From a virus: a stretch of 64,000 nucleotides of DNA. The position numbers and the translations under genes were made by a program. The stretch lies in IMG/VR virus record IMGVR_UViG_3300037247_000353, positions 4,417 to 68,416 of that record; one strand, 5' to 3'. The notes below the pieces were generated by a model. It was not told where the DNA came from, did not search any database, and saw only the letters and a program-made list of their open reading frames with translations. Positions 10,511 through 20,193 of this stretch are shown here, in pieces; position 1 is the stretch's first letter, and each line of letters opens with the position of its first letter.

Positions 10511-12180
10511 ATACCCCCTCTTTGAGTCAATTCACAAATATCTATATACTCAATAGATTCCTCAAAAACCTCTCCAATTTTCTCTCGTGCTTCTTTATAC
10601 GATACAGGTGTGAGGGGTTGCCCGCCCCTAGAGCCATCAGCATAACAAGTAAACCCACGTAACCTATGAGCATAAGATGCCAAACAATCAGCAAAAGGCT
10701 TAACGGTATCTGGATTATTTTTCTCACTACCCCATTTTGGGATATTGATTGTTGAAGATATTGCTTGGTCCACATAATCTTGAATATCTGCTTGAAATTT
10801 AATTCTTTTTTCATAATCGTTTGCCAATTGTAAAGCAGTTTGTAGGCTGTCCGGCTCAACACCATACCGTTCAATTAAATCTTGACCAGCAGCATCAATA
10901 ACTATTTGGTGATGCCAGCGCGTTCCTTTGAGGTATCTCCTTTTATACGCCACCGCAAAAATGGGCTCAATGCCAGTAGTAGTACCAGCAAGAATACCAA
11001 TAGAACCAGTAGGTGCAATAGCACAGGTAGCAATAGGAACACTAATACAAAGCCTATTACTAAACCGATTAGCAGTGGCGCGAGAAACAGACCTATAGAT
11101 TGTAAGCCATTTTTGCAACTCTGGAGTAACTTCATATTCTGATCCTCTTTGCACAAGCCACTCATGTAGCCCCATAAGACCTAAACCAAGGCGCCTATTC
11201 TTTTCTCTAATTTGATAGACTTTTTGATAGGGTAAGTGAGCACCTAAAGTACCACACACTAAAAATTTAGTGGCCAAATTAACTACATCAGTGAATTCGT
11301 ATATATTTTCAATACGACTAAGGTTAATACTACCAAGATTACAAACATCACTATCATCTTCGGAGGTAATTTCGGTGCAAGCATTTCTTAATGTCTCCTG
11401 TTCTTGATCGAAAAAGTTGAATGAAAATCCTGGTTCAGAAGTTGATAGAGCCTGTTCACAATTCTTTAAAAACACTTCACCATAATCACCAGTATTCCAA
11501 TAATCACATAACCATTTTGTACCATAATTAACAGATATATTAGTCATATCTAATGGGGCGCGACAATTAAAATCAGCCTCTTTTAGTTCAGCTAAAGTTT
11601 TATCTGTACCGCCTACCTTTATAGTATGCCAATTCTTTATTTCTAAAAACCTATCAACATCAGCATGTTCTAAACTAAGGGAAGCATAGATTGCACTACG
11701 TCTTGATCCTCCTTGCATAATGAACCGCCCAATCTCATTGAGCATTTCCATTTTAGCTATTGGCCCGGAAGCGTAACCTCCAGTACCACGTAACAAAGAA
11801 CCAGAAGGGCGATAAATACTATAATCCACTCCGATGCCGCCCCCTGTAGATAAACAGAGTTCAGCTTTCTTAGAAAGTTCCGCCCAATCTTCACGATTAT
11901 CCTCCAATGCTTTTAATAGATAGCAGTTATTAAAGAATTTTCTTTTGCGACCTGCGTAATATAGGTAGCGCCCACCAGGAATGAAAAGCATCCTACGTAT
12001 ATATTCTTTTAACTGTTCTTTTTCATCTTCTTTCATATAAGTTGAACAAACATCATCAACTAATGTATTACATAGTTCATCCCAAGTCTGTGCCCCCTCG
12101 TGAGCATATTTTTGATTAAATATATCTTCACTAAACCTACTCCTAAATGCTGGATTAAGTTCCGATTTCCACTCTCCCAC
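10498..12180 (-). CDS. nrdJ: Ribonucleotide reductase, probably class II (adenosylcobalamin-dependent)
   Basis: PGGRYL, FNNC, RNACTE finger loop, CNLGSINL, IAPTGS, C-terminal Cys pair; no NrdB/NrdG partner in the window. Confidence 0.85.
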   Translation of the reverse strand: MGEWKSELNPAFRSRFSEDIFNQKYAHEGAQTWDELCNTLVDDVCSTYMKEDEKEQLKEYIRRMLFIPGGRYLYYAGRKRKFFNNCYLLKALEDNREDWAELSKKAELCLSTGGGIGVDYSIYRPSGSLLRGTGGYASGPIAKMEMLNEIGRFIMQGGSRRSAIYASLSLEHADVDRFLEIKNWHTIKVGGTDKTLAELKEADFNCRAPLDMTNISVNYGTKWLCDYWNTGDYGEVFLKNCEQALSTSEPGFSFNFFDQEQETLRNACTEITSEDDSDVCNLGSINLSRIENIYEFTDVVNLATKFLVCGTLGAHLPYQKVYQIREKNRRLGLGLMGLHEWLVQRGSEYEVTPELQKWLTIYRSVSRATANRFSNRLCISVPIATCAIAPTGSIGILAGTTTGIEPIFAVAYKRRYLKGTRWHHQIVIDAAGQDLIERYGVEPDSLQTALQLANDYEKRIKFQADIQDYVDQAISSTINIPKWGSEKNNPDTVKPFADCLASYAHRLRGFTCYADGSRGGQPLTPVSYKEAREKIGEVFEESIEYIDICELTQRGGICGA

Positions 12181-12322
12181 TTATATTAAGTCTCCTTTCA
12201 TTTAATAATATCGTATCTTGTCCCCACTATTTTGTCCCCACAATGTTTACACACCATTGCCCCGAAATTTTTATACAGAGGATGCCAAAAATATGAGTGG
12301 AAACCTAATCGGCAACGAACTT

Positions 12323-12754
12323 TCATAATTTCCTCACTTGAATTTTTGAGCCTGTATAAACATCACATAGACTAGCCATTTTTACAGCCTCTTTAGCAGA
12401 AGCACCCATACGCATTGCAGTTATAGCAGCCTCTTTTCCAGAACCAATGGCCCAAAACTTTTCATGCACTTTTACTAATGGGCCATAAAAACCTGTAGCT
12501 AAATACAATCCTTTTTTATTTAATAGAAGATAATCAAAATCATTATCATTTTTATCACTACTATTATTCTTTCTTATAATTTTCTTATCTTTTTTATAAA
12601 GCCTAACAAATTCTACTGCATTATCAAAATTACCACAGGTGCCAATTAACTCATCCCTTACACGAAATATTTTATGCATTTCCATTATAACACTCTCAAA
12701 CACCCCCTGAGTATCTGCTGCCATTACATTATCACATACTGCCACTGTTGTCAT
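12323..12754 (-). CDS. HslV/proteasome-beta-like Ntn hydrolase
   Basis: N-terminal MTT, AADTQ, AIGSG, D-x-YTG. Confidence 0.75.
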   Translation of the reverse strand: MTTVAVCDNVMAADTQGVFESVIMEMHKIFRVRDELIGTCGNFDNAVEFVRLYKKDKKIIRKNNSSDKNDNDFDYLLLNKKGLYLATGFYGPLVKVHEKFWAIGSGKEAAITAMRMGASAKEAVKMASLCDVYTGSKIQVRKL

Positions 12755-13112
12755 AATGATTCCTTTAAAGATCTATTAACTTTCTCTTGTAATGCCCTTA
12801 TAAAGTGATACGTTTCCATACAAAGCGGATCACCTGGAGATAAATCTAATCCCATTGACCCTGCTTCTTTTAATCTTTCTAACAGTTCTTCAACATAATT
12901 GCTATCTAGCACTAGTTTCCCTCCAATTCAACCAGGAACATATATCTAAAAGTAAATCTAAATTCCTATTATAAAACTTCCCAACAACACTATCTCTATA
13001 ATCTCTAGAAAAATCATGTAAATAGTAAACAGTATCTTGTAATCTCTTATTAAAATGATAGGTTACGCCAAATTTAATCCCATCCTTTTTACATAATTGA
13101 CATGCTATAAAC

Positions 13113-13478
13113 TTATTCTTGTGGAATATGAATCCTTTTTTTATTATACTCTTTCTCAGATATTTTTCTAATTCCATTTAAAAACTCTACACATAAGTTT
13201 GCTTCAGTTTCTACAGTAAATCGTGCTATAATTTCTGGATATATTGCGCCACGGTTAAGGTCGTATATAAAATAGTATTTTATAAAGGCATCCATAGCAT
13301 CTGTTTCTACTCGTGAACGTAATATATAACGATTATCTCTTCTACTTGATTCAGCTACAGCCTCTATAATATCGTCATTAGGAACATGAGCAGGCAGAAC
13401 CTTTCTCTTATTTTTACTGCCCTTTGGTCTACCTCTTCTTCTCTTAACCGAATTTTGTTTCACCATATTTAGTTTCAC
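13113..13478 (-). CDS. AT-hook-containing hypothetical protein
   Basis: RRRGRPKGSKNK motif. Confidence 0.5.
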   Translation of the reverse strand: MKLNMVKQNSVKRRRGRPKGSKNKRKVLPAHVPNDDIIEAVAESSRRDNRYILRSRVETDAMDAFIKYYFIYDLNRGAIYPEIIARFTVETEANLCVEFLNGIRKISEKEYNKKRIHIPQE

Positions 13479-13491
13479 CTGTAAGGGTTAC

Positions 13492-13818
13492 CTATTTAGC
13501 ATCTGGAAATAATTCTACTTGTTTTGATGGGCTCTCTTGCTCTTGTACTTTTTCATTTGGGTGTGGCATCAAACTCATTGCGTTATGATATACCTCCCCA
13601 TTATTCCATAGTTTAACATCTTCATAAGGTACCGCAACACGGCGATACAATTCCATTTTAGCACACTCAAGCACACCAATTATCTCATTAAGAGTTGTAT
13701 AAGATAAGCCACTATCTCTAATATACCCATCCAGGATGGTGGATATTTTATAGTTTAATTCTCCTGGCCTTAATGGGATTAAAGCATCGTCTCTATCTTC
13801 TTGTTTTACATATGGCAT
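13492..13818 (-). CDS. Conserved phage protein (DUF6899-like)
   Basis: MPYV...GELNY...GVLECAKMELYRR...PYED.K...NGEVY. Confidence 0.65.
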   Translation of the reverse strand: MPYVKQEDRDDALIPLRPGELNYKISTILDGYIRDSGLSYTTLNEIIGVLECAKMELYRRVAVPYEDVKLWNNGEVYHNAMSLMPHPNEKVQEQESPSKQVELFPDAK

Positions 13819-13991
13819 TAACTAATCTCCCTTTCTTCCCTAATAGCATCTAAAACATCAGCAGCAAGTCCAGACTCATATCCTAAGCGACACAAACTAC
13901 TGAATGCTTCCTCATATGTTATATCCTCATTATAATAAGACTCTTCAATCTCATCAATTTTAGCTTCCCAAAGTCTTTTGACTTTACCCAT

Positions 13992-14375
13992 TTACACGAT
14001 CTCCAGCGGCCATTCCAAATATTCTACAGGCTTTTCTTGTTGTTTAAACATTTCTATCTCAACCGAGATTCCATAACTGTCTTGCCAAGTTGGCATTTGA
14101 TATACCAGTAACCCCATTGCAGTATTCATAAATGGTGTATCAGCAGGTAGCCATATCTCATGGTCAAGAGGATTCATCCCACCATGAATAGCAATAGGAT
14201 GCGTATGAGCGATTGGACAATATAACTTAACCCCTTTAGAAATTAACCAAGCTGCACCTTTTGATACCTCTTTAAATGCAGCCTCAATACCATCTGGATA
14301 TTTACTATAAGGACTTGCTAAATACCAAAACTCATTTGGCTCAATATCTTGAAGTTTATTAATTAATACTTTCAT
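13992..14375 (-). CDS. DUF1937 / nucleoside 2-deoxyribosyltransferase-like protein
   Basis: YLASPYS, CPIAHTH, W-x-x-S-x-G-x-x-x-E motifs. Confidence 0.7.
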   Translation of the reverse strand: MKVLINKLQDIEPNEFWYLASPYSKYPDGIEAAFKEVSKGAAWLISKGVKLYCPIAHTHPIAIHGGMNPLDHEIWLPADTPFMNTAMGLLVYQMPTWQDSYGISVEIEMFKQQEKPVEYLEWPLEIV

Positions 14376-14524
14376 CTAATAGGTTCCTCCTTTTCTTTCT
14401 CATAACCTGTACCATCACAGCGAGGGCAAATTTCTGTCGTAGAATACCAGAAATGACAAATATATATTTTGCCCTCGCCGTTACATTCAATACAGGTATT
14501 CCGTAATGCCTGTGATTCAACCAT
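14372..14524 (-). CDS. 50-aa DnaJ-type zinc-finger mini-protein
   Basis: Manual translation MVESQALRNTCIECNGEGKIYICHFWYSTTEICPRCDGTGYEKEKEEPIR; two CXXCXGXG motifs; fills the gap between coupled genes. Confidence 0.6.
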   Translation of the reverse strand: MVESQALRNTCIECNGEGKIYICHFWYSTTEICPRCDGTGYEKEKEEPIR

Positions 14525-14803
14525 CTATGCAGGATTCCAATTCTTCTCCATTACATTAAGCCTACCAGTAAGTCTCTTAAGACGCTTGCGAACAGCATCT
14601 ATCTTACGCTGTACGACCTTACGTTTCTGAGTAAGCTCACCAACTAATGTAGTTAGCTGAAACTCTTGCCATACTTTGTCAGCATATTCATCAAATGAAG
14701 AATCCATTACAACCGGAATAGGGTCGTCACCACCAACCATAGTATACATTTCTACTTTAGCCATTTTTATTTCTCCTTTCAAGTTCTCTATCGGTCCATT
14801 CAA
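14525..14803 (-). CDS. Hypothetical coiled-coil protein
   Basis: Probable start at MAKVEMY after GGAG. Confidence 0.45.
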   Translation of the reverse strand: MNGPIENLKGEIKMAKVEMYTMVGGDDPIPVVMDSSFDEYADKVWQEFQLTTLVGELTQKRKVVQRKIDAVRKRLKRLTGRLNVMEKNWNPA

Positions 14804-15074
14804 TAGCAGCCACAGCTAGTGCTGCTGTTTTAATCATTGATTTCCGGAAGTTCTGCAACACATTATCTGTATATGGAGGAAATCCACCAGGAAACCAAAT
14901 TGTAGCGTATCGAGTAATGTAAGTAACCCAATCATTCAGGCCATTGTAGCTATCATCTACCTCTTTACTATATCCAATCTTTTGCTGGAAGTCCCGCTCA
15001 TTACTAATTTCAACAAAAATATCTTCTTCTGTAAAATCATCATCAAACTCTTCTACACTTTCTATTTGTGCCAT
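14757..15074 (-). CDS. MazG-like all-alpha NTP pyrophosphohydrolase-fold protein
   Basis: EI-x-x-ER-x-x-Q...W...FRKSMIKTAALAVAAIE pattern; canonical ExxE motifs degenerate. Confidence 0.45.
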   Translation of the reverse strand: MAQIESVEEFDDDFTEEDIFVEISNERDFQQKIGYSKEVDDSYNGLNDWVTYITRYATIWFPGGFPPYTDNVLQNFRKSMIKTAALAVAAIEWTDRELERRNKNG

Positions 15075-15430
15075 CTATCATCCTCTCCTATGTTATTTTT
15101 TTCAAACCAAGCCAAAGCTATCGCACACCATATCACAGATATTAAGTGTCTTTGACCATCTTCTCTATCATACTTCTCTCCCATTAACCATCGTGTCAGA
15201 TGGCTCATAAGGGCTCTTACTACACGCCCCCATTTAAATCCTTTCTGCCAATTTCGATCATCGTATTTCTTAGCCCCCATCCCATATAACTCTGCTAGTT
15301 CTAACAATATATCTGGCGGAATAAGATCAAACCTATCAAGCTTCTCTTTATCATGCTTTGTGCCTTGTTTAACTATAATTCCTTTTTCTATGATGGCCCC
15401 ACCAAACACTAAATCCTGAGTATCATCCAT
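15062..15430 (-). CDS. dATP/dGTP diphosphohydrolase (DUF5664)
   Basis: GTKHDKEK...DLIP...GAKKYDDRNWQKG...H...GE..D.EDG..HL. Confidence 0.8.
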   Translation of the reverse strand: MDDTQDLVFGGAIIEKGIIVKQGTKHDKEKLDRFDLIPPDILLELAELYGMGAKKYDDRNWQKGFKWGRVVRALMSHLTRWLMGEKYDREDGQRHLISVIWCAIALAWFEKNNIGEDDRWHK

Positions 15431-15431
15431 A

Positions 15432-15683
15432 TCAGCCCTCTTTTAAGAACTCATAAAATTCTTTTGCAGTATTTAGCACAGACTCAGGACCATAGTAATA
15501 ACAATCACGAGACCAATATGCAACTGATAGCGATAATGCATCCATACGCATTTCGTAATCATCAGGCTCAATCGTGTCTAAGAAATCCTTAAGCTGTTCA
15601 AAATCAACATCATCCCCAGTAATTACTACTTCAACCACACGTTTCTCTCTTTCTTCGGCGAGATTAAATATATTATTCATCAT
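15432..15683 (-). CDS. Hypothetical protein
   Basis: 83 aa acidic ORF. Confidence 0.45.
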   Translation of the reverse strand: MMNNIFNLAEEREKRVVEVVITGDDVDFEQLKDFLDTIEPDDYEMRMDALSLSVAYWSRDCYYYGPESVLNTAKEFYEFLKEG

Positions 15684-16455
15684 ACAACTCCTGTAGCCTA
15701 TTCATTGAGAATACTTCAAGATCATATTCTCCGTCTTTAACATTATGTTTTAACACAACCCCAGACCACCACATGAATTGGGTATTAAGAGCATACTTTT
15801 TAGTATATGAAGTATCAATAAAACAACCCGCGCTTAAGCCGTGTATTCTTTTTCCATTTGGTAGTGCTCGCGTTGCATAATCGAACAAATGATTATGACC
15901 AACGGTACAAGAACACATCATTTTAGCCAAAAGACTTGCTGCAACATTGGAACCAGATATTGGATCTCCCTTAATCCCACTTGGAAAAAAATGACAATAC
16001 CATATACCATTTATTTCTATTGGAATACTAAATGGAATAACCTCCCAACCATATTCTTTGTAATTTAAATCAGAAAATCCTATAGTTCCTTCTAATTCAG
16101 GGCTACATTCAATAGCTCGTTCTATTCTTTGTTCATGGTTCCCTAAAGTAAGAACTTTTCGAGGTTTGTATTGACTTTTTTTATTTTTTCTTTGTTGTTC
16201 ATTATAATAATTAATTGGAACCTGAATAAGATCTAATGCTTTATGAGCAGCAGTAATATCATTGTTATACCGCCGGCCTTCAAAGTCTTTTTTTCCTCTA
16301 TCATAAGAACACAATGCTTCCATAGCAGAAAAATCACCTAAACAAATAATAACATCTGGTTTTTTATCTACTATAAACTGCCCTAAGTGTTTAAATCGTC
16401 TGTTATCTTCATCAGGTTTCACATGAGCATCAGGTATAATTAGATGACTTGTCAT
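15673..16455 (-). CDS. Calcineurin-like metallophosphoesterase
   Basis: PDAH, LGD, GNHE, GHNH motifs. Confidence 0.85.
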   Translation of the reverse strand: MTSHLIIPDAHVKPDEDNRRFKHLGQFIVDKKPDVIICLGDFSAMEALCSYDRGKKDFEGRRYNNDITAAHKALDLIQVPINYYNEQQRKNKKSQYKPRKVLTLGNHEQRIERAIECSPELEGTIGFSDLNYKEYGWEVIPFSIPIEINGIWYCHFFPSGIKGDPISGSNVAASLLAKMMCSCTVGHNHLFDYATRALPNGKRIHGLSAGCFIDTSYTKKYALNTQFMWWSGVVLKHNVKDGEYDLEVFSMNRLQELYDE

Positions 16456-16473
16456 ACACGCTAATACCCCTTT

Positions 16474-16857
16474 CTAGGCATTACCCTTAATCTTAACATT
16501 CGCTAAACTAATTACATTTGTATAATCTATATTATCCTTTTTCTCTAATGCTTCCTCGGGCATTTTTTGCATCTCATTAAGATCTATACCACTCTCCAAT
16601 AGTTCTTTTTGTAGAGCCCCTTGGCCTGCCTCATAAAGAACTAACGGGTTGGTTTGTAGTATCTCCATAATTCCACGAACTAATAGCAATACATGGGAGT
16701 TTCCTACGTGCTCAACATTAGTTTTAGCGTATGCTTGAAAGCCTCCCTGAGTTGCTACTATATATACTCCACCACTTTCATCTTCTAAATCAAATATCTT
16801 TTTTTCTTTATCTTTTGTCATTCTACCTCCTATATTCTTTAATAAAAAACTTAGCAT
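16474..16857 (-). CDS. Hypothetical protein
   Basis: Likely starts at MTKDKEKK after GGAGG. Confidence 0.45.
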   Translation of the reverse strand: MLSFLLKNIGGRMTKDKEKKIFDLEDESGGVYIVATQGGFQAYAKTNVEHVGNSHVLLLVRGIMEILQTNPLVLYEAGQGALQKELLESGIDLNEMQKMPEEALEKKDNIDYTNVISLANVKIKGNA

Positions 16858-17161
16858 CTAATACAGCCAATGGTCTATGCCTATCTTGCCTTATTATAAC
16901 TAGAGGTTCTCCCTTTCCTGAATGATTTTTACACTGATTGTATGCCTTATAGACAGCAGAAAAACCATCTTTTTGAGATTTACATTCAATTTTAAAATCA
17001 AATAAGTATCGTTTATCTTTTGTTAATTTAACATCAACACCACTTTCTCCCATTATAGCAGTAGTTATATCATCAAATGATATTCCTAATGCAAGAAATA
17101 GCTCATCCCTTACCCAATTCTGCAATCTTCTCCCTTTAGCTTTGGCTGATTTTATTTGCAT
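16823..17161 (-). CDS. PD-(D/E)XK endonuclease, Holliday-junction resolvase-like
   Basis: SAKAKGRRLQ...GVDV...IECK...EPLVI. Confidence 0.7.
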   Translation of the reverse strand: MQIKSAKAKGRRLQNWVRDELFLALGISFDDITTAIMGESGVDVKLTKDKRYLFDFKIECKSQKDGFSAVYKAYNQCKNHSGKGEPLVIIRQDRHRPLAVLDAKFFIKEYRR

Positions 17162-17748
17162 TTTCTTTACGTCTTCTTTCTAAAATAGCTGCTAAATCAC
17201 CACGTAATCTGTCTACATGACAGGCCCTACATACTCGTTTAATAGGTCTACCCATACGCTCACGATCTGGAACCTCAGCAGGATTTTGTCTGCAAATAAT
17301 ACAAAGCATAATTACACTTTCACAGCCATAAAATGTTTCTTAATTTCATCGGGCATTCTTTCATATGTCTCTGAAGGTACATTAACCCCAATGATATTTA
17401 AAACATACGCTAAATGACTGGCATTGATCGACAAATGATTTCCAACAAATCGCCATACTACTTTTTGAGGTTCTTCAACAATCACCTCTTCTGGAACAAT
17501 ATCAATTACTTCATCTACCATTTGTATTCCTTTCTATTTCCACTCATATTCTTTTAGTCTATCAGCAGTATCAATTCTAATATTTCCACCGACAGAAAAC
17601 CCATCTGTAATGTCACAAGTGGAGATATCATAGTCTTCAAGATTTCTTCCAGCATCAGTAAACCATAGTTTCTTTAGTTTTTCCCTATCTTTTTTGAGTC
17701 CAACAATAACTTCATCTTGCCCTTCAAAAATTATAATTTTGGTCATTT

Positions 17749-18615
17749 TCATTCCTCACTGATAAATGTGTAAAATTTCCATGGTTTGTTCTTAGCAGTA
17801 CTAACAGGACTTGGAAGATACTCTGCATCTGGCCAACAATGTCTCTTGAACTGACAAAAACTACAAACCATAGGCAAAACCATATTCCCTGTTTTCTTCT
17901 GGTAATAAATTTCCTCAATGGGCTTAAAGCACTTTTTAAATGGCGCATCAGATGTTAATGAAATAATCTTATCTTCAACATCTTGTAGCGCCTTGAGTCT
18001 ATATTGCTTATCATATTGAGGAAATTCTAATATCGTTAGCACACCGCTATTCTTATTTAATACTATCCATCCACCCACAGGCTTACCTGTAGCCTCAGAA
18101 TATAGATACAACTGAGGTATGTATCCAAATGTATCATCTTCAAGTATCTTTTTAAATCCTCCCCTATCTCCAAACTTATTATTAAAGGCAAAGTCAGAAG
18201 CAGATTTTATATCCCAAATCTTTCCATCTATTTCCACATCATAGGAACCTGAAAGATCTATTCCTCCAATCTTTAAAGTAACTTTTTGCTGTTCAGATTG
18301 TATCTCTATCCCAGCGTTACGCATGAGGAACATTATATATGCTTCTGAAATATCACCCCAAAGATTTCGCGTAATTGAATTGTATTCTCTACTCTCTTTG
18401 GGTAGATTATATTTCTCAGCTTGAAGTTGGCATAGTGGTCTACCTATAGAAGACATACGGATAGTAAACTTCTTTTGTTTGTAGCTTTCAAACTGATTAA
18501 ATAAGGCACTTGAACAGGCAACAGCAAATTGTTTAACAGTATCTTGATTAATTAGTTGCCGATCATTTGTAGCCCTATGCAAAAAGTCTTGGAGCTTTGT
18601 TAAGAGTAGCGACAT
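17749..18615 (-). CDS. PD-(D/E)XK (Cas4-like) exonuclease
   Basis: RMSSIGRPLCQL, GSYD...WDIKS, YIPQLYLY, CSFCQFKRHC. Confidence 0.8.
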   Translation of the reverse strand: MSLLLTKLQDFLHRATNDRQLINQDTVKQFAVACSSALFNQFESYKQKKFTIRMSSIGRPLCQLQAEKYNLPKESREYNSITRNLWGDISEAYIMFLMRNAGIEIQSEQQKVTLKIGGIDLSGSYDVEIDGKIWDIKSASDFAFNNKFGDRGGFKKILEDDTFGYIPQLYLYSEATGKPVGGWIVLNKNSGVLTILEFPQYDKQYRLKALQDVEDKIISLTSDAPFKKCFKPIEEIYYQKKTGNMVLPMVCSFCQFKRHCWPDAEYLPSPVSTAKNKPWKFYTFISEE

Positions 18616-18827
18616 TATTTAATTAGTTCCTTTATCTTATCACGGATTCTTATTGCGCGCATCTTTTCAGCACTGGCCTTATTAAGACGAATTTCTGCTT
18701 GGGATAGCGCATGATCTTCAAGTTTCATCGTCTCGCCACAAGCAATAACACAAGCCTGTAACTGAGTGGCAAGTTTCTCTAAACCTTTTACAATTTTATC
18801 AACACTCTTAGTCATCTTACTCTCCAT
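18615..18827 (-). CDS. Hypothetical coiled-coil protein
   Basis: 70 aa ORF, coupled. Confidence 0.45.
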   Translation of the reverse strand: MESKMTKSVDKIVKGLEKLATQLQACVIACGETMKLEDHALSQAEIRLNKASAEKMRAIRIRDKIKELIK

Positions 18828-19674
18828 CTTTCATAGTTTCGGGAAGTTCATCATTAAGTTCCAAATCTTTTAGAGTTGCCTTTGGAATATCAACATCAAA
18901 TGGGATTGGATTATTAGTCTTTTCATATTGCATAAGAATTTCTGTATTCTCAAAGTCAATAGTCTCTTGGAACTTCTTCATCATATCAAAATGCTCAGGG
19001 GTAAACTCTAACTCCGTTGCATCTATCTTTACCTGGGCAATATAAAACGTATTACTACCTCTTTTCTCACGTTTAGTAGTCATAAGAAATTGATGGTAGA
19101 TAAACTTTTTACCACGCCTAGTAAAACTATCAATAGCACCATCAACAATTTGGTAATTCATACCTTGAGCATAGAAGACACAAGGCTCTTCAACAACAGT
19201 TACTGTATTGTTTTCGTTATCTACAGCCTCTCCTGATACAAGTCCCCAAACCATACGAGCACATTTGATTAGTTTTTGTTCAACTTCTTCGTCTTTGGTA
19301 AGATCTTTCTTTAAGGCCCCACGTACTTTACCACAGGCTACTCCCCCCTTTTCGTCAAGAGCCTCTTCATTCCAATTCTTAAATATAATAGAACGATTAC
19401 TATATTTACTCTCAGCATTATCCCATACACGGTATTGAAAACCACTTAGTAAAGGCCGAAATTGTATTTCTTTAAAGAAAACAACCTTTCCTAATTCAGA
19501 ATTATACAGAGAATAAGTTCCTACAGGTATCTCCTTTTCATCATCATCTAGGGATTCTCTATTGATCTTTAGACGTTGCAGATTATTCTGCGTGTTCTTG
19601 GTTTGTCCTAAAAACTCTAGAAGTTCTTCATCATTTACAGATTTTTCCATAATCGCAGGTACATTAGATTCCAT
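18817..19674 (-). CDS. Putative single-stranded DNA-binding/annealing protein
   Basis: 285 aa, beta-rich, acidic tail; upstream of the exonuclease; GGVACGK motif recalled from this phage group. Confidence 0.55.
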   Translation of the reverse strand: MESNVPAIMEKSVNDEELLEFLGQTKNTQNNLQRLKINRESLDDDEKEIPVGTYSLYNSELGKVVFFKEIQFRPLLSGFQYRVWDNAESKYSNRSIIFKNWNEEALDEKGGVACGKVRGALKKDLTKDEEVEQKLIKCARMVWGLVSGEAVDNENNTVTVVEEPCVFYAQGMNYQIVDGAIDSFTRRGKKFIYHQFLMTTKREKRGSNTFYIAQVKIDATELEFTPEHFDMMKKFQETIDFENTEILMQYEKTNNPIPFDVDIPKATLKDLELNDELPETMKDGE

Positions 19675-19756
19675 AATATATTATATTTCTTCCTTTCATA
19701 AAGATTTATACAGTTTTTTTATTTTAGGTATTTTATATATATACCCTTCTCTTTAA

Positions 19757-19785
19757 GAGGTAACATAAAAATTAGTGTTTGTCAA
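19757..19785 (-). promoter_or_regulatory. Promoter TTGACA-17-TACCTC (atypical -10) upstream of the SSB/exonuclease/RNR block
   Basis: Perfect -35, 17-nt spacer, TG extension; near-duplicate at 40555-40583. Confidence 0.55.
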
Positions 19786-20193
19786 GCACTTTTTTCTTAT
19801 AAATGTCAAAATCTTTATAATTTATCCATTTTATGTAGAGATTTCCACACATAGGGCACTTACTAGGGGGGGAATTTGGGTGAATTGCAAGGCCCTCTCT
19901 GTTCCAACCAACACTTGGACCTTGTTTTTGCTCCCATTTACAGCTACATCTAAGACATTCATAAGATGCTAGTTTAAGTTTCATTTTCTTTATGCCACTG
20001 TTCTATTTCCTTAAATCTCATAAAAGCTCTGTCTAATTGGCGTATAGCAACACTATTTGTATGGTGAATACAACACCTATCAGCATCTAAAATATTATTA
20101 AGCTTAAACTCATAACCTTCTAATAGCTCTTCAACACAATTAACTAAAAAGGTTATAGCATCTTGTTGAGTTTTTAACTGTTGCATTGGAGAT

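Noticed and set aside
15062-15430. Z-genome or 7-deazaguanine modification pathway
   Set aside because: DUF5664 alone is insufficient; no PurZ, DpdA, FolE or QueC/D/E seen in the window.
17749-18615. Cas4-like nuclease as a sign of CRISPR-Cas
   Set aside because: No repeat-spacer array or other cas genes; a normal phage replication exonuclease.
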